Origin: a virus
Taxonomy: Duplodnaviria; Caudoviricetes
IMG/VR virus record: IMGVR_UViG_3300049892_000052
Location: 1-54,279 of that record
Length of the DNA stretch: 54,279 nt
Direction: 5' to 3' (one strand)
Positions 28,994-38,790 of the stretch are shown here, in pieces. Position numbers and translations under genes: made by a program. The first letter of the stretch is position 1, and each line of letters begins with the position of its first letter. The notes below the pieces were generated by a model, which saw only the letters and a list, made by a program, of their open reading frames with translations, searched no databases and was not told the DNA's origin.

Positions 28994-30369
28994 GGTTGTG
29001 CTGCAAACCCCACAAGAGAATGTCCGAGTGAATCGCGGCAGACGCGGACGTGCATTCGATATTCCATTCCGGCACCACCGGATTGGATGGTCAGGATGTG
29101 CCGGACGGCCGTCACCAAATGCAGTCCGCTATGAAACGGCGTGGCCGTCACCCCAATAGAATCCGTGTGTGGCGCATCCGACCCTTCCAGGGCTGGCGTC
29201 GAAGGATACCAGAGATCGATGACAGCCCCCGCACGTAATTCTGGATGCCCCGGTATATCTATAAGTGTCTGAAGATGCTGCAATTCCCGCAACTGACGGT
29301 TCCGCAGGACAATCGCCTCATACATGCGCTGCTCATCTGTTTCCGTCTTGGCGTTCTTGATATACTTGGAGTTGGCACTCCACACGTTTGACGGGAACGT
29401 GAACACGCGGGTATTCTTCGCGACCGTCTGATCGTAGTTCTTCGGATAGACAGGATAGTTCGCCAGATGGGTAGTCTTGTCGAAGGAGTCCGTATACCGC
29501 GAGTCTTCCTCGTGCGCGACCTTCCGCGCTAAGAAGTCGAAATGCACCATCTTGCTGCGGAGCATGCCGCCCGCGATATCCAACATCAAATCAAACGTTT
29601 GGTCTTGATGGATGCGAATAAGTCCTGTCCGCACCGCCTCGTCTTCCACCGTATCCTGAGACAACGCACTCGCATTGAGTTTGAATGGGATGTGATTCTT
29701 GTCTGCGGCGATCTGCGCCTTCCCCGCGACAATCAGATTCCGCACACTCGTAAAGTGAAAGCCTTCGAGTGTTTCAAAGAACAGGAAGTTGCTTTCGCGA
29801 GGGGTCTTGATCGTCTGTGACAGCAGCGTGAAATAGTCAATCGCTTGCAGGGGAGTATAGTTGGGGACCGTGACGTTGACGAGGCCAAACGTCGGTTCGA
29901 CCGTGACCAAGGAGCCAAAGGGGACGTCAAGGTCCTTTTCGAGAATCGTCTTGATCGCGTATTCACAAGTGACGTTGGAGAACACGCGGGAGATGCGGGA
30001 CGATACACTATTCACAAATTCGTGTGTGGCTAGTTCCAGCGTGTAGAGGCGCATACTGTGCCGCGGATACGTGACGTCGCGGACTTTGATCACGCGAAAC
30101 GACTTCGCGAACGTGTGTTCCACGTTCTCGTCCACTAGCACAGAGAACGTGATCGATAGCGTTTCCACGCCCACGATAGGCAGCAACTCCACCAGGCCGA
30201 CCGACTCCATAAGGGTAATCGACGCAGAGATGGTGTTGAGGAAGATGTTTTCGAAAATGTCCAGCCGCTGCACATAGGGAAGCAGATCGACGTTCTCGAC
30301 ACGAGTCGGCGAACGCAAGACGCAGCGTTTGAGAATGACCTGACGTGGAATTGAAGTGGAGAGGTCCAT
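28990..30369 (-). CDS. Baseplate hub protein (gp27-like)
   Basis: IFENIF, LPIVGVE, FLFFETLEGFHF, IPGHPELRAG, SGLHLVTAVRH. Lies between gp53 and gp5; start moved to MDLSTS (TAATG overlap). Confidence 0.75.
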   Translation of the reverse strand: MDLSTSIPRQVILKRCVLRSPTRVENVDLLPYVQRLDIFENIFLNTISASITLMESVGLVELLPIVGVETLSITFSVLVDENVEHTFAKSFRVIKVRDVTYPRHSMRLYTLELATHEFVNSVSSRISRVFSNVTCEYAIKTILEKDLDVPFGSLVTVEPTFGLVNVTVPNYTPLQAIDYFTLLSQTIKTPRESNFLFFETLEGFHFTSVRNLIVAGKAQIAADKNHIPFKLNASALSQDTVEDEAVRTGLIRIHQDQTFDLMLDIAGGMLRSKMVHFDFLARKVAHEEDSRYTDSFDKTTHLANYPVYPKNYDQTVAKNTRVFTFPSNVWSANSKYIKNAKTETDEQRMYEAIVLRNRQLRELQHLQTLIDIPGHPELRAGAVIDLWYPSTPALEGSDAPHTDSIGVTATPFHSGLHLVTAVRHILTIQSGGAGMEYRMHVRVCRDSLGHSLVGFAAQP

Positions 30370-30974
30370 TAGGCGAAAGCTCGTTTCAAGTCGTCCAGCA
30401 ACGGAGTCACGAATTCTTGCGGAATCACTTTGATGCGGCGTTTGGCTTCGTTGAGTGACCACTCGTGGTCATATAGTGTAATGCGAACGCCACGGTCTTC
30501 CGCTGCCAAGTTATTGTAGGTGGTCTCGTCCACAAGGAATCCCAGTGCCGTCTTGTGAACAAACTGCTGATAGACCTTTTCACGGACGGGCAACCGCCAC
30601 TGCGAACGATCAATGGCCCACCCCGGGGCCGTCTGCCCGTCCAAGATTGACGCATACTCCGGCACGAGATACGCATACTTGTCTGTGATGTACCGGTCGA
30701 ATTCCAGTTCCGTCAGGGGCCAATCATAATGGGTCGTGATATTGTTGATGACAAGAACGAGCCACGTATATTCGGGACCCCCATAGACTTGCGCCGCGAC
30801 CGTATCGGGGCGATCCCCGTCCGCAATCACGTAGTCGTTGAACACCGTGATATGCTGCTTGAGCTTTTCCATGATTACGACATGCGCGGTGATGTTCGTA
30901 ATCGATACGTCAAAATGTGTGTTCCCGTCCTGAAGAGGGTATCGAAGCGTTGGAAAGTATTGGAAGAAGTTCAT
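30369..30974 (-). CDS. gp53: Baseplate wedge subunit gp53
   Basis: FFQYFP, DGDRPDTVAAQVYG..YTWLVL..N, DWPL, NEAKRRIKVI. Confidence 0.92.
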   Translation of the reverse strand: MNFFQYFPTLRYPLQDGNTHFDVSITNITAHVVIMEKLKQHITVFNDYVIADGDRPDTVAAQVYGGPEYTWLVLVINNITTHYDWPLTELEFDRYITDKYAYLVPEYASILDGQTAPGWAIDRSQWRLPVREKVYQQFVHKTALGFLVDETTYNNLAAEDRGVRITLYDHEWSLNEAKRRIKVIPQEFVTPLLDDLKRAFA

Positions 30975-30977
30975 AGG

Positions 30978-31925
30978 TTATCGCTCCGGCCAATTCAGAC
31001 CATTGCGCTGGAGCGTATCGTCGTCGACCGATGACCGACCAAAATCGGTCCGATCCAGCAACCGGACTTCTTGGAGATTCAAGGACAACGTGGTCGCCGC
31101 GGGATAGATGTCCGCGCTACCGCCGTCCCCCTGAATGAAGGACACCTTGCCGCCCGCAGCGTGGTCGATTGTGATGCCCGTCACAACACAGCGCCCAATC
31201 TGCCCGATGCTGCGAATCTTATTGGAGTTCGCTTCAGTGCCTTGCCAGATACCGACCTCAAACTCAAACGGGTACCCAATGAGGAAGTCCGTCGTCCCCC
31301 GATTGAATTTGGGCAACATGTAGAACTGGAAAAATTCCAGAATGTTGTTGATGTTCTCCGCTTCCGTCTTGTTCCGAGGGACGAGCGCGAACTCCAACGC
31401 AAATTCACGATACGCGACCGTGTCGAACAGGACTTCTGTGCGGGGATTGACTTTGATGCCGAGCGCCGCTTCCATGGCGCTCTTAGATGCCGGCGTAATG
31501 TCGGCAAGGAGATCGTTACCCGCAGCCACGAGTGTCGTCTTGATCGCCATCTTCGCGTTCTGCGCGGTGACTTTATCCAACATGCTGTCGAGGGTACTCT
31601 TCACCGCTTCGGCCGCGCCTTCAGGGGTTGTCGCGTGAGCAAGGGACGCACCCAAACTGCCAGCAGACGGGCCCAACACATCCAGCGTCGTGCCGACGAG
31701 GGCCCCCAATTCCGCAGTTTCCCAACGAACACCCATCGCCGTTTTGAGTGTGCTTTCGCTGAGATAGAGAATGACGGACGCGAGCGGCTCGCTGGGCACG
31801 TTCTGCTCCACAACCTTCCCGCGTTTGAGAATGTGTCGCCCCCGCATCGCATCGAAGCGCACCCATTTGTCGAACGGGGGTTTGGACACGTCTTGTGGAT
31901 AACGGTATGTGGAGGTATCAGCCAT
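30978..31925 (-). CDS. gp48: Baseplate tail tube cap gp48
   Basis: YRYP, VNPRTEVLF, REFALEFALVPRNKTEA, LQEVRLL. Confidence 0.85.
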   Translation of the reverse strand: MADTSTYRYPQDVSKPPFDKWVRFDAMRGRHILKRGKVVEQNVPSEPLASVILYLSESTLKTAMGVRWETAELGALVGTTLDVLGPSAGSLGASLAHATTPEGAAEAVKSTLDSMLDKVTAQNAKMAIKTTLVAAGNDLLADITPASKSAMEAALGIKVNPRTEVLFDTVAYREFALEFALVPRNKTEAENINNILEFFQFYMLPKFNRGTTDFLIGYPFEFEVGIWQGTEANSNKIRSIGQIGRCVVTGITIDHAAGGKVSFIQGDGGSADIYPAATTLSLNLQEVRLLDRTDFGRSSVDDDTLQRNGLNWPER

Positions 31926-31930
31926 AGGCT

Positions 31931-31937
31931 CTAAATA
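31931..31937 (+). promoter_or_regulatory. Late promoter CTAAATA for gp4
   Basis: ctaaata tgaat GTG agt tac: the true start may be GTG 31943 (MSYRG). Confidence 0.65.
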
Positions 31938-32383
31938 TGAATGTGAGTTACCGAGGTTTGTTTACGCCCAAGTTCCCTGCCAAGTATTTAGGAGACTCCC
32001 GTAACATAGTCTACCGAAGTCTGTGGGAGAGACAATTCATGCGTTATTGCGACGAGACTTCCGCGATTCGTCGCTGGGCTTCCGAGGAGTTCTACGTCCC
32101 CTATGTCTCCCCCGTGGACGGACGCATTCATCGATATTTTCCCGACTTCATGCTGGAAGTGCAAGCGGCGGATGGGGTCAAGAAGTTCGTGATTGAGATC
32201 AAGCCGAAGTATCAGACCGCCATCCCCCGCGAACGAAAGCGACAGTCGCGCAAGTATTTGGCGGAGGTTGCCACATTTGCGGTCAACCAAGCGAAGTGGG
32301 ATGCTGCGAAGGAGTTCTGTGCGAAACAGGGGTTGACCTTTCTCGTGTTGACGGAAGACGACTTGTTCACCCGGTTCAAATAA
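31937..32383 (+). CDS. gp4: Head completion nuclease gp4 (TnsA-like)
   Basis: KYLGD..NIVYRSLWE, WASEE, HRYFPDF, IEIKP, VNQAKW. Confidence 0.92.
   Translation: MNVSYRGLFTPKFPAKYLGDSRNIVYRSLWERQFMRYCDETSAIRRWASEEFYVPYVSPVDGRIHRYFPDFMLEVQAADGVKKFVIEIKPKYQTAIPRERKRQSRKYLAEVATFAVNQAKWDAAKEFCAKQGLTFLVLTEDDLFTRFK
31985..31991 (-). promoter_or_regulatory. Late promoter CTAAATA for the gp48-gp5 operon (inside gp4)
   Basis: Minus-strand CTAAATA about 60 nt upstream of the gp48 ATG. Confidence 0.6.
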
Positions 32384-33030
32384 TGCCAAACCAGTCCATC
32401 TTCGAAACGCTGCGTCAACGGGTTACCAAAAGTCATGGGCTGCTCCCGGCGGAACAGCGCGCCATGTTCTGGTTCCGCAACTACTCGCAAGCTCTGACGC
32501 AGTGGCAGACACATCATCATGCGGTGGACTTCGACCGCTTGCAACGAAACGACTTCTCCAAACAACTGGTTGGGTCCACGCAAGCATGGCCCGGCTATCT
32601 CTACTTCTTCCTCTACGACCCCAAGCTCGCGAAAACCCTGCCGTTTTACGACCAGTTTCCCTTCGTGCTGGTGCTCGACCGCGGCGACGATTCGTTCTTG
32701 GGCCTCAACTTTCACTATCTGGACTATCAACACCGCGCGATGTTCTTTGATCTCCTGTATGAGCTTCGCGAAAACCGTCACGGGCAAACCACGCTCGCGC
32801 CGGCGGACGATTTGCGAATGCGTTTGCATGTCACGTATGACATTCTGCAACTGACCACACAGTATAAGATGTTCCGCCCCTGCCTCAAGCGGTATCTATT
32901 CACACAGATTCAGTCGCCCCTCCTGAAAGTCGGTGCGAGCGAATGGGATGTGGCATTGTTCCTGCCCGTCGAATCCTTCGTCAAAGAGTCAAAAACCACG
33001 GTCTGGACCAATTCTGAGTCGAAATTCTAA
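32383..33030 (+). CDS. gp2: DNA end protector gp2
   Basis: YFFLYDPK..TLPFYDQFP, FLGLNFHYL, PCLKRYL, LFLPVESF. Start moved to MPNQS. Confidence 0.9.
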   Translation: MPNQSIFETLRQRVTKSHGLLPAEQRAMFWFRNYSQALTQWQTHHHAVDFDRLQRNDFSKQLVGSTQAWPGYLYFFLYDPKLAKTLPFYDQFPFVLVLDRGDDSFLGLNFHYLDYQHRAMFFDLLYELRENRHGQTTLAPADDLRMRLHVTYDILQLTTQYKMFRPCLKRYLFTQIQSPLLKVGASEWDVALFLPVESFVKESKTTVWTNSESKF

Positions 33031-33037
33031 CTGTCCC

Positions 33038-33044
33038 CTAAATA
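33038..33044 (+). promoter_or_regulatory. Late promoter CTAAATA, 5 nt before ATG 33050
   Basis: ctaaata ccact ATG. Confidence 0.75.
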
Positions 33045-33049
33045 CCACT

Positions 33050-33763
33050 ATGAATCTTCACGCATTTTCGAGTGTGCTTCAGAACGGGTTTCAGCAGGCC
33101 CACCGATTCAAGTGCTTCGTGTGGTTGCCCACACACGTCGAATCGCGCATCATCAATGCAGACGAACGCGCTCGGGCGGCGGCCCGGGGTGGGGCCCCAC
33201 GCACTGGCGGGGTGTTCACCAACGATAACATTGCACAACTTAATCAACGTGCTGGCACCGATCAGAACGGCGGCATCATACAAGCGATTGGATGGCTCAA
33301 CCAAGGGTTGCTGTGCGAGAGCGCCGCGCTCCCCGACCGATCAATGGATACCGTGCCGCTGACGCTGTATGGAGTGACAGAGCAGATTCCCCTCAAGACA
33401 GACTACACGAGTTTGACATGCAGCTTTTTGGTCCCCAACCTCCCCGCTGAAGAAGCGGGCATGAGCCGCGGCAATCCCCTTGCGATGTTCTTCTCCCAGT
33501 GGCAAAACGTCATCCAAGACTTCTCCAACGGCGCCGGCATTGGTGTCAACCTGCCGCTGGGCACTCGCAACATGTCGTTCCCGTCCGAATACTATGCGAC
33601 GATGAAGATCATCGCCTACGACCGGAACGATAACCCCGTCATCACATATCGGTTCGACCGCGCCTATCCAACGGCCGTCGAAGCGGTGGCGCTGTCGTGG
33701 GGTAATATCGATTACGCTTTGCTACCCGTCCGATTCAACTTTTCCATGTGGAGTATTGAATAA
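33050..33763 (+). CDS. Tail tube initiator, gp54/gp19-like
   Basis: LCESAALPDR, FFSQWQN, YRFDRAYPTAV..LSW. Start moved to MNLHAF. Confidence 0.8.
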   Translation: MNLHAFSSVLQNGFQQAHRFKCFVWLPTHVESRIINADERARAAARGGAPRTGGVFTNDNIAQLNQRAGTDQNGGIIQAIGWLNQGLLCESAALPDRSMDTVPLTLYGVTEQIPLKTDYTSLTCSFLVPNLPAEEAGMSRGNPLAMFFSQWQNVIQDFSNGAGIGVNLPLGTRNMSFPSEYYATMKIIAYDRNDNPVITYRFDRAYPTAVEAVALSWGNIDYALLPVRFNFSMWSIE

Positions 33764-34503
33764 TGAGTCTGCCTATCATTGTGACCCCGACCTATGAAGT
33801 GAAACTCGTCAGTCTGGAACATCCGGTGCGTTTCCGGCCCTACCTCGTCAAGGAAGAGAAGCTCCTCCTGACGGCGCAGCAGTCGGAAGACCCGCAAGAG
33901 ATCGAGCGAGCGATCAAACAGATCGTCCGCAACTGCACAAGCGATGCGGTCGACGTGGAAAAGCTCCCGTTGTTCGATCTGGAGTACCTGTTCCTGCAAT
34001 TGCGCGCCAAGTCCGTGAACAACGTCGTGAAGCTCCGGTATGAATGCCAGAACGCCGTCACGGGCCCGGGCCATGCCGCAGACGGACTGTGCCATGCTCC
34101 CGTCGAGATTGACGTCAACCTCGACGATGTAAAGATTACGGTCCCCAACGGGCACACAAATCGCATCATGCTCAACGACGACGTGGGGGTGACGCTGAAG
34201 TATCCACGGTTCGCCCATCTGGACGCGCTCAGCAGCACGTCCGGCAACGCGGACGCCGTGCAGGTATTGATTGACTGTCTGGACACCGTGTTTTCCGCCG
34301 ATGGAACCGTGACGGAAATCGCGGACGTCCCACCAGCGGACGTGCGAACGTTTGTCGAATCCCTCCAGCTTCCGCAAGTTGAGAAGCTCAAGGCGTTCTT
34401 CGAAACACTCCCGCGGCTCTCCCACACGTTGACGTTTACGTGTCCGTCCTGTGGGTACACCGAGGACATCGTGCTGACGGGGTTACTGGATTTTTTCGGC
34501 TAG
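33763..34503 (+). CDS. gp26: Baseplate hub assembly chaperone gp26
   Basis: LP...PTYE, FRPYLVKEEKLLL, FDLEYLFLQLRAKSV, CPSCG, GLLDFF. Confidence 0.92.
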   Translation: MSLPIIVTPTYEVKLVSLEHPVRFRPYLVKEEKLLLTAQQSEDPQEIERAIKQIVRNCTSDAVDVEKLPLFDLEYLFLQLRAKSVNNVVKLRYECQNAVTGPGHAADGLCHAPVEIDVNLDDVKITVPNGHTNRIMLNDDVGVTLKYPRFAHLDALSSTSGNADAVQVLIDCLDTVFSADGTVTEIADVPPADVRTFVESLQLPQVEKLKAFFETLPRLSHTLTFTCPSCGYTEDIVLTGLLDFFG

Positions 34504-34505
34504 GA

Positions 34506-34685
34506 GTGTCCCACGACAATTTGGCCAACTGGTACACTCTGAATTTCAATTTGGTCCAACATCATCATTGGTCGTTTTCTGACATCGACAACATGTTGCC
34601 CTACGAACGGGAGTTATACGTGACGCTGCTGCAAATGTGGCTCAAGGAAGAAAAAGCGCGTCGAGAACGCGAAGCGCAACGGTAA
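34506..34685 (+). CDS. gp51: Baseplate hub assembly catalyst gp51
   Basis: SHDNLANWYTLNFNLVQHHHWSFSDIDNMLPYERELYV. Starts at GTG 34506 or is reached by frameshift from gp26. Confidence 0.85.
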   Translation: MSHDNLANWYTLNFNLVQHHHWSFSDIDNMLPYERELYVTLLQMWLKEEKARREREAQR

Positions 34686-34697
34686 CTAGGACGGTCT

Positions 34698-36767
34698 ATG
34701 GCGAACGAATTCTTTAGTCGGCAAAGCGACATTCGCAACCAGATGGGGCAGCCCCTGAGCAATCCCCGTTTGGCCGCGCTCCAAGCCCAGCTAGAAGCCA
34801 AGACACTCGGGAGCGCATCCGGCAGTCAAGACGTCGCCGCTATCGGAATGCTCGCGGGCATGGAATCCCCCGCGGTGCAGGCGTATGTGGCCCAAGCGGT
34901 CGAACTGGTGCAGGCACACCTTGGGACCGTGGGGCAGCTTCAGCAAGTCTACCCCCTACTGGAAAGTATCCGCACCCTGATTCAAGCCGACCCCACACTC
35001 TCGCCGAAGCAGCGCAAGCATGGCATCATGATCATGCAACGCCTTCAGCAGTTCGTCGGGAAGAAGATCGCTCTCGATTCACGAGTGAGTGTGCGTGTCA
35101 AGAATGCCGTTCGTCAGAAAACGACTGCATGGCGCTCAGCGTTGACCGAGAAGATGCAAGGGAGTCAAAGTTTCCTTCTGCGGAACGCGGGGCACTTACT
35201 CCGCGACCGGCCTCGTGAATCCGGCCCGTCGCCTATCCAACAAGATATCGCGAACGTCCGAGCGAGCAGTTTGACGACGTTTGCCGATAATGACGCCGCG
35301 GCGCGACTCGCGAACGCCCCACAGCGAGTGACGCAGCCGGTTGAGCGCGAACGAGCGGTACGTGCCGAACCCGGCTTCTCTCCGCTACGGCATCCAGTTA
35401 GTGAAGCTCCAAGTGGATCAGAACTCGACCGAAAGGCGCCGCCCATCTTCAAGCGCATTTTGGATACCGACCTCAAAATCTACAAAGAAGTCGAAGCCGT
35501 TAAGCACACGCTGATTGAGCAAAAAGAACTCGACGAGAGCCAAGCCGAGGCGCTTCGTCGCGCACAAGAACGGAGTGCGGACAACACCATCCCCGCCGAA
35601 ACGACTGCATCTCTGACTGCGGCGATGCCGACAACTAAGGGCAGTGCCTTTGGCAGACTCGGGGCGTTTCTGTTATCGGGTCTGACCGGATTAACTTCAG
35701 GCATTGTCAGTGCGATATCGACAGCGGCTATTGCGTGGGGACCCTCAATTGCCATAGGCATTGGCGTCGCTGTCGCGAGCTATCTTGCAGGATTGGGATT
35801 CGGGAAATTTATCTCGTGGTTACAGACCATACGAAACAAGCTCCTCTTGAACGAAGTAAATGGTGGTTCGGCCATCCCCCGCACAGTCGTTGAAGGCATC
35901 ATTGCATCGACGGGGACGGTACTCGGGATGCCCAATATGGGCCAAGTCCTCAACGAAGCATCGGCCAACGGAGCATTTGCCCCATCTGGCAGCGACAGCG
36001 GAACCAAGACTCCGGCGCGCACGATGCGTATGTCTGAAAGCGGACAGGCCGCGCTCATTCAACGAGAGGGACTCGGACCTAAAGATGGGTCATCATATCA
36101 GGACAAGGACGGCGGATATGTGATTGGCCCAGGCATGCAGTATTTCCGTGGAGAGAAGGTCACCAAGAACACCAAATACACTCCAAAGGAAATTGAGGCC
36201 GAATTTAAACATCAACTGCACGGTACGTATTCGGATATCGTTCGTACCGGTCTTGGGGATACTCCCGTGTCACAGCAAATGTTTGATGCGTTGGTCTCTC
36301 ATGCGTGGAACAACCCGGCGCAAACTGTTCGGATGGTCGCCAAATTGAAATCCGGGCAAGAACTAACACTTGAAGATTGGCAACGAGGGGCAACTGTCAA
36401 GGGCGCGCCGAGTGCGGCATTACGAGAACGGTATCGGAAAGAATATGAGGCGTCCATTGCGGTACCAGCCGCGAGTTCGGCTCCTCCTGGTGAACTTCGC
36501 CCGATGAGTTCCCACGGCGAAGTGGCACGAACACCAAGTCCACAAGCCTCTCTGAATCCCCGGCTCAGTGCGCCCACGCTGTCGTCCGCGCAGCAAGCCG
36601 CAGGCGCTAATCGTGGCGGAACAAACGTCGTCGTTGTGCAACAGATGGCGTCCCGTCAGGCGGCCGCCACTCCCATCGTCCAACGGGTCTTCCAGCGAAT
36701 CGACCCCGACCAGACAGACGCCACGATCCGAGCGATCCGCAACACGTCTGGCTCCGCGCTCATTTAA
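34698..36767 (+). CDS. Tape-measure / gp29-like protein with a GH24-type lysozyme domain
   Basis: Helical N-terminus, hydrophobic segment, then MSESGQAALIQREG...YQD...VSQQMFDALVSHAWN. Follows gp26/gp51. Confidence 0.7.
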   Translation: MANEFFSRQSDIRNQMGQPLSNPRLAALQAQLEAKTLGSASGSQDVAAIGMLAGMESPAVQAYVAQAVELVQAHLGTVGQLQQVYPLLESIRTLIQADPTLSPKQRKHGIMIMQRLQQFVGKKIALDSRVSVRVKNAVRQKTTAWRSALTEKMQGSQSFLLRNAGHLLRDRPRESGPSPIQQDIANVRASSLTTFADNDAAARLANAPQRVTQPVERERAVRAEPGFSPLRHPVSEAPSGSELDRKAPPIFKRILDTDLKIYKEVEAVKHTLIEQKELDESQAEALRRAQERSADNTIPAETTASLTAAMPTTKGSAFGRLGAFLLSGLTGLTSGIVSAISTAAIAWGPSIAIGIGVAVASYLAGLGFGKFISWLQTIRNKLLLNEVNGGSAIPRTVVEGIIASTGTVLGMPNMGQVLNEASANGAFAPSGSDSGTKTPARTMRMSESGQAALIQREGLGPKDGSSYQDKDGGYVIGPGMQYFRGEKVTKNTKYTPKEIEAEFKHQLHGTYSDIVRTGLGDTPVSQQMFDALVSHAWNNPAQTVRMVAKLKSGQELTLEDWQRGATVKGAPSAALRERYRKEYEASIAVPAASSAPPGELRPMSSHGEVARTPSPQASLNPRLSAPTLSSAQQAAGANRGGTNVVVVQQMASRQAAATPIVQRVFQRIDPDQTDATIRAIRNTSGSALI

Positions 36768-36773
36768 ACACAA

Positions 36774-36802
36774 AGGGGCTGGGATGTGACTCCCAGCCCC
36801 CT
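36774..36802. terminator. Probable bidirectional intrinsic terminator
   Basis: GGGGCTGGGA-tgtgac-TCCCAGCCCC hairpin between convergent genes. Confidence 0.8.
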
Positions 36803-36825
36803 TGCTTGCGAACACACCCGTTAGC

Positions 36826-37791
36826 TTACTCGTCGGAATCCAACCCCGCAAAGAAGCTCTTGATGTCGTCTTCGTCATCGGCAGCCGCTTCCACGACCGG
36901 CGCCGGCTTCGCTGCCGGTTTCTTCGCCGCAGTCGGCTTACGCGGAGGGAGGTTCTCATTGACCTTTTCCGCGACGTCCTTGGCATCGTCCAGCGTCGGC
37001 TCCGCTTCCTTGACGGCGTCTTCCGCAGTCCGAGGGGCACGGGCCGTACCCGTCAGCGCCTTCTGTAACAATCCTTCCAGATCGTCATAGTTCTTGAATG
37101 CCTTCTCCGCGACGAACTCCGCCAAGGAGTGCTGCGCGGACCAGATTTCTTCCTTCTTCGCGTCGTCGCCGGGGAACAGTTCCGTCGGCGCTTCGAATGA
37201 GGACTTGTCGTAGTTCTGATAGCCCGCGACGGCCGCCGACTTCAGCTTGAACTCACAGCCTTCCCACAGGTCGAACGGATTCGCCGGCTGAGCATCGGGG
37301 AACTCCGGCTCGATGAGTTCCTTGATCTTGGCTTGAATCTTCGCGCCATACTTGAACAGGAACACCTTACCGTTGTTCTCGGGATGCGCCGGGTCGTCGA
37401 TGACCAGGATGTTGCTGATGAACTGGAGCTTGCGCTTCCGCTTGCGGGCAATGTCCTTGTCCGCGTCGATGCCAGAGTTCCAGAGTTCGTTGTTCTTGGC
37501 ACAGACGGGGCACGTCCGCCCCAACGTGGTCGGGCAGTTCTCGATGAACCAGCTTCCGCCCGGGCCCTGAAACGCATGGGAGAACACTCGCGCCCACGGC
37601 ACTTCTTCGCCCTTCGGCGCGGGCAGGAAGCGCAGACGAGCATAGCCGATCTTCGACTTCTGATCGACGGAGAGCTTCCAGAAGCGTTCGTCGGCCGCGC
37701 CGCCCTTCTGAGAGTCCTTCTTGACTTCGGAAGCCAGTTTGTCGAGCAGGGTCTTGCGGGTAGAACGGAGGGAGGAAAAGTTACTTGCCAT
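36826..37791 (-). CDS. gp32: Single-stranded DNA-binding protein gp32
   Basis: DERFWK, LRFLPAP, HAFQGPGG.WFIENCPTT, CPVC, NNGKVFLFKYG, NYDKS, acidic tail. Confidence 0.95.
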   Translation of the reverse strand: MASNFSSLRSTRKTLLDKLASEVKKDSQKGGAADERFWKLSVDQKSKIGYARLRFLPAPKGEEVPWARVFSHAFQGPGGSWFIENCPTTLGRTCPVCAKNNELWNSGIDADKDIARKRKRKLQFISNILVIDDPAHPENNGKVFLFKYGAKIQAKIKELIEPEFPDAQPANPFDLWEGCEFKLKSAAVAGYQNYDKSSFEAPTELFPGDDAKKEEIWSAQHSLAEFVAEKAFKNYDDLEGLLQKALTGTARAPRTAEDAVKEAEPTLDDAKDVAEKVNENLPPRKPTAAKKPAAKPAPVVEAAADDEDDIKSFFAGLDSDE

Positions 37792-37849
37792 ATGGTCGTA
37801 TCTCCTATTGGTGTATTGTTGTATGAACGTATCTCATACTCAACGTGCT

Positions 37850-37878
37850 ATTGTCTCACAGTTCTATTTAGATGTCAA
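37850..37878 (-). promoter_or_regulatory. Sigma70 promoter for gp32, with an embedded late box
   Basis: TTGACA-17 nt-GACAAT with extended TG; CTAAATA lies in the spacer (37865-37871). Confidence 0.7.
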
Positions 37879-37917
37879 GGGGAATCCCACGATGGGACTC
37901 CCCCGACTGGTCAAGAA

Positions 37918-38790
37918 TTACGGAAGATCAATATCTTCTCCGCGTCGAATGCTGCCATCCAGAATGCGGTCCACTTCACGGCGAAGGGCTTCAGGCCCGC
38001 AATTCTCCCAAGTGTTCTTGGGAGGCGGAACCGTCTTGCCGTTCTTATCCGTGGACTTCCAACCTGCCCGTTTGGCAGCAGTCAATCCGTGCGCGTTCAC
38101 TTGCTGTCGAACATGATCCCGATACGTGAGATCGAGTGCGGAATGTATGAACTCCAACATCAGCCGGCGAATCTCATCCTTTGTAAGTGCAACCGGTGCT
38201 GGTAGTCCGGCCTTGTTTGCGGCATCATCGTACTTCTTGGCCGCGTTGATGATCGTCTTCATTGGCGAAGTGATGTAGTGCGGGGCGGTGTGCTGGTCGG
38301 CATTCAACGCAATCCCCCATTTTGCAATACCAGACTCCACTCCATTATTCCACTGCACCATTCGTCTGATGTCACGGATCGTTTCGGAGGGGAATGGGAG
38401 AGCACCAGTGACCTTCGCAGTCATCGACTTGGCCCAAACAACCCACCACGTTCCTTGGTTGAACTCCAGGTTGCCACGATTCAGGTCCACGAAGAGTCGC
38501 GCCGGATCACCCTTCACGACCTGACAGTAAACTTCTGGCACCCCATCCTGATACGCGCACTCAATACGACGGTTGCCGTCAACAAGTTCGAATCGGCGAG
38601 GGTCGTTCGGAATTGGAAGATCGACGACGGATGGCGGAATCCACACATCATCTCCATCCGGGTCATCGAACACGGACTTGAGAACGGAATCTGCCATATT
38701 GGCTGTGCGGAATTCGGGCTGGAGGCGGTTGGGGCGAATGTTGTCGAGTTTGAGGAGGCGGAAATCGGGTGTGACAGTATAGTTCATCAT
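37918..38790 (-). CDS. ParB/Srx-like N-terminal domain protein
   Basis: LKLDNIRPNRLQP...FELVDGNRRIEC. Confidence 0.65.
   Translation of the reverse strand: MMNYTVTPDFRLLKLDNIRPNRLQPEFRTANMADSVLKSVFDDPDGDDVWIPPSVVDLPIPNDPRRFELVDGNRRIECAYQDGVPEVYCQVVKGDPARLFVDLNRGNLEFNQGTWWVVWAKSMTAKVTGALPFPSETIRDIRRMVQWNNGVESGIAKWGIALNADQHTAPHYITSPMKTIINAAKKYDDAANKAGLPAPVALTKDEIRRLMLEFIHSALDLTYRDHVRQQVNAHGLTAAKRAGWKSTDKNGKTVPPPKNTWENCGPEALRREVDRILDGSIRRGEDIDLP

Noticed and set aside
10883-31934. Many long opposite-strand and alternate-frame ORFs
   Set aside because: They overlap well-supported baseplate genes and are expected in GC-rich coding DNA.
31937-32383. Tn7 TnsA transposase
   Set aside because: Motifs and synteny with gp2 and gp48 identify T4 gp4; no other Tn7 genes are present.
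26814-34503. Stop-codon reassignment as the cause of split genes
   Set aside because: TAA, TAG and TGA all end conserved genes, the splits involve frame changes, and no suppressor anticodon is among the 22 tRNAs in this window.
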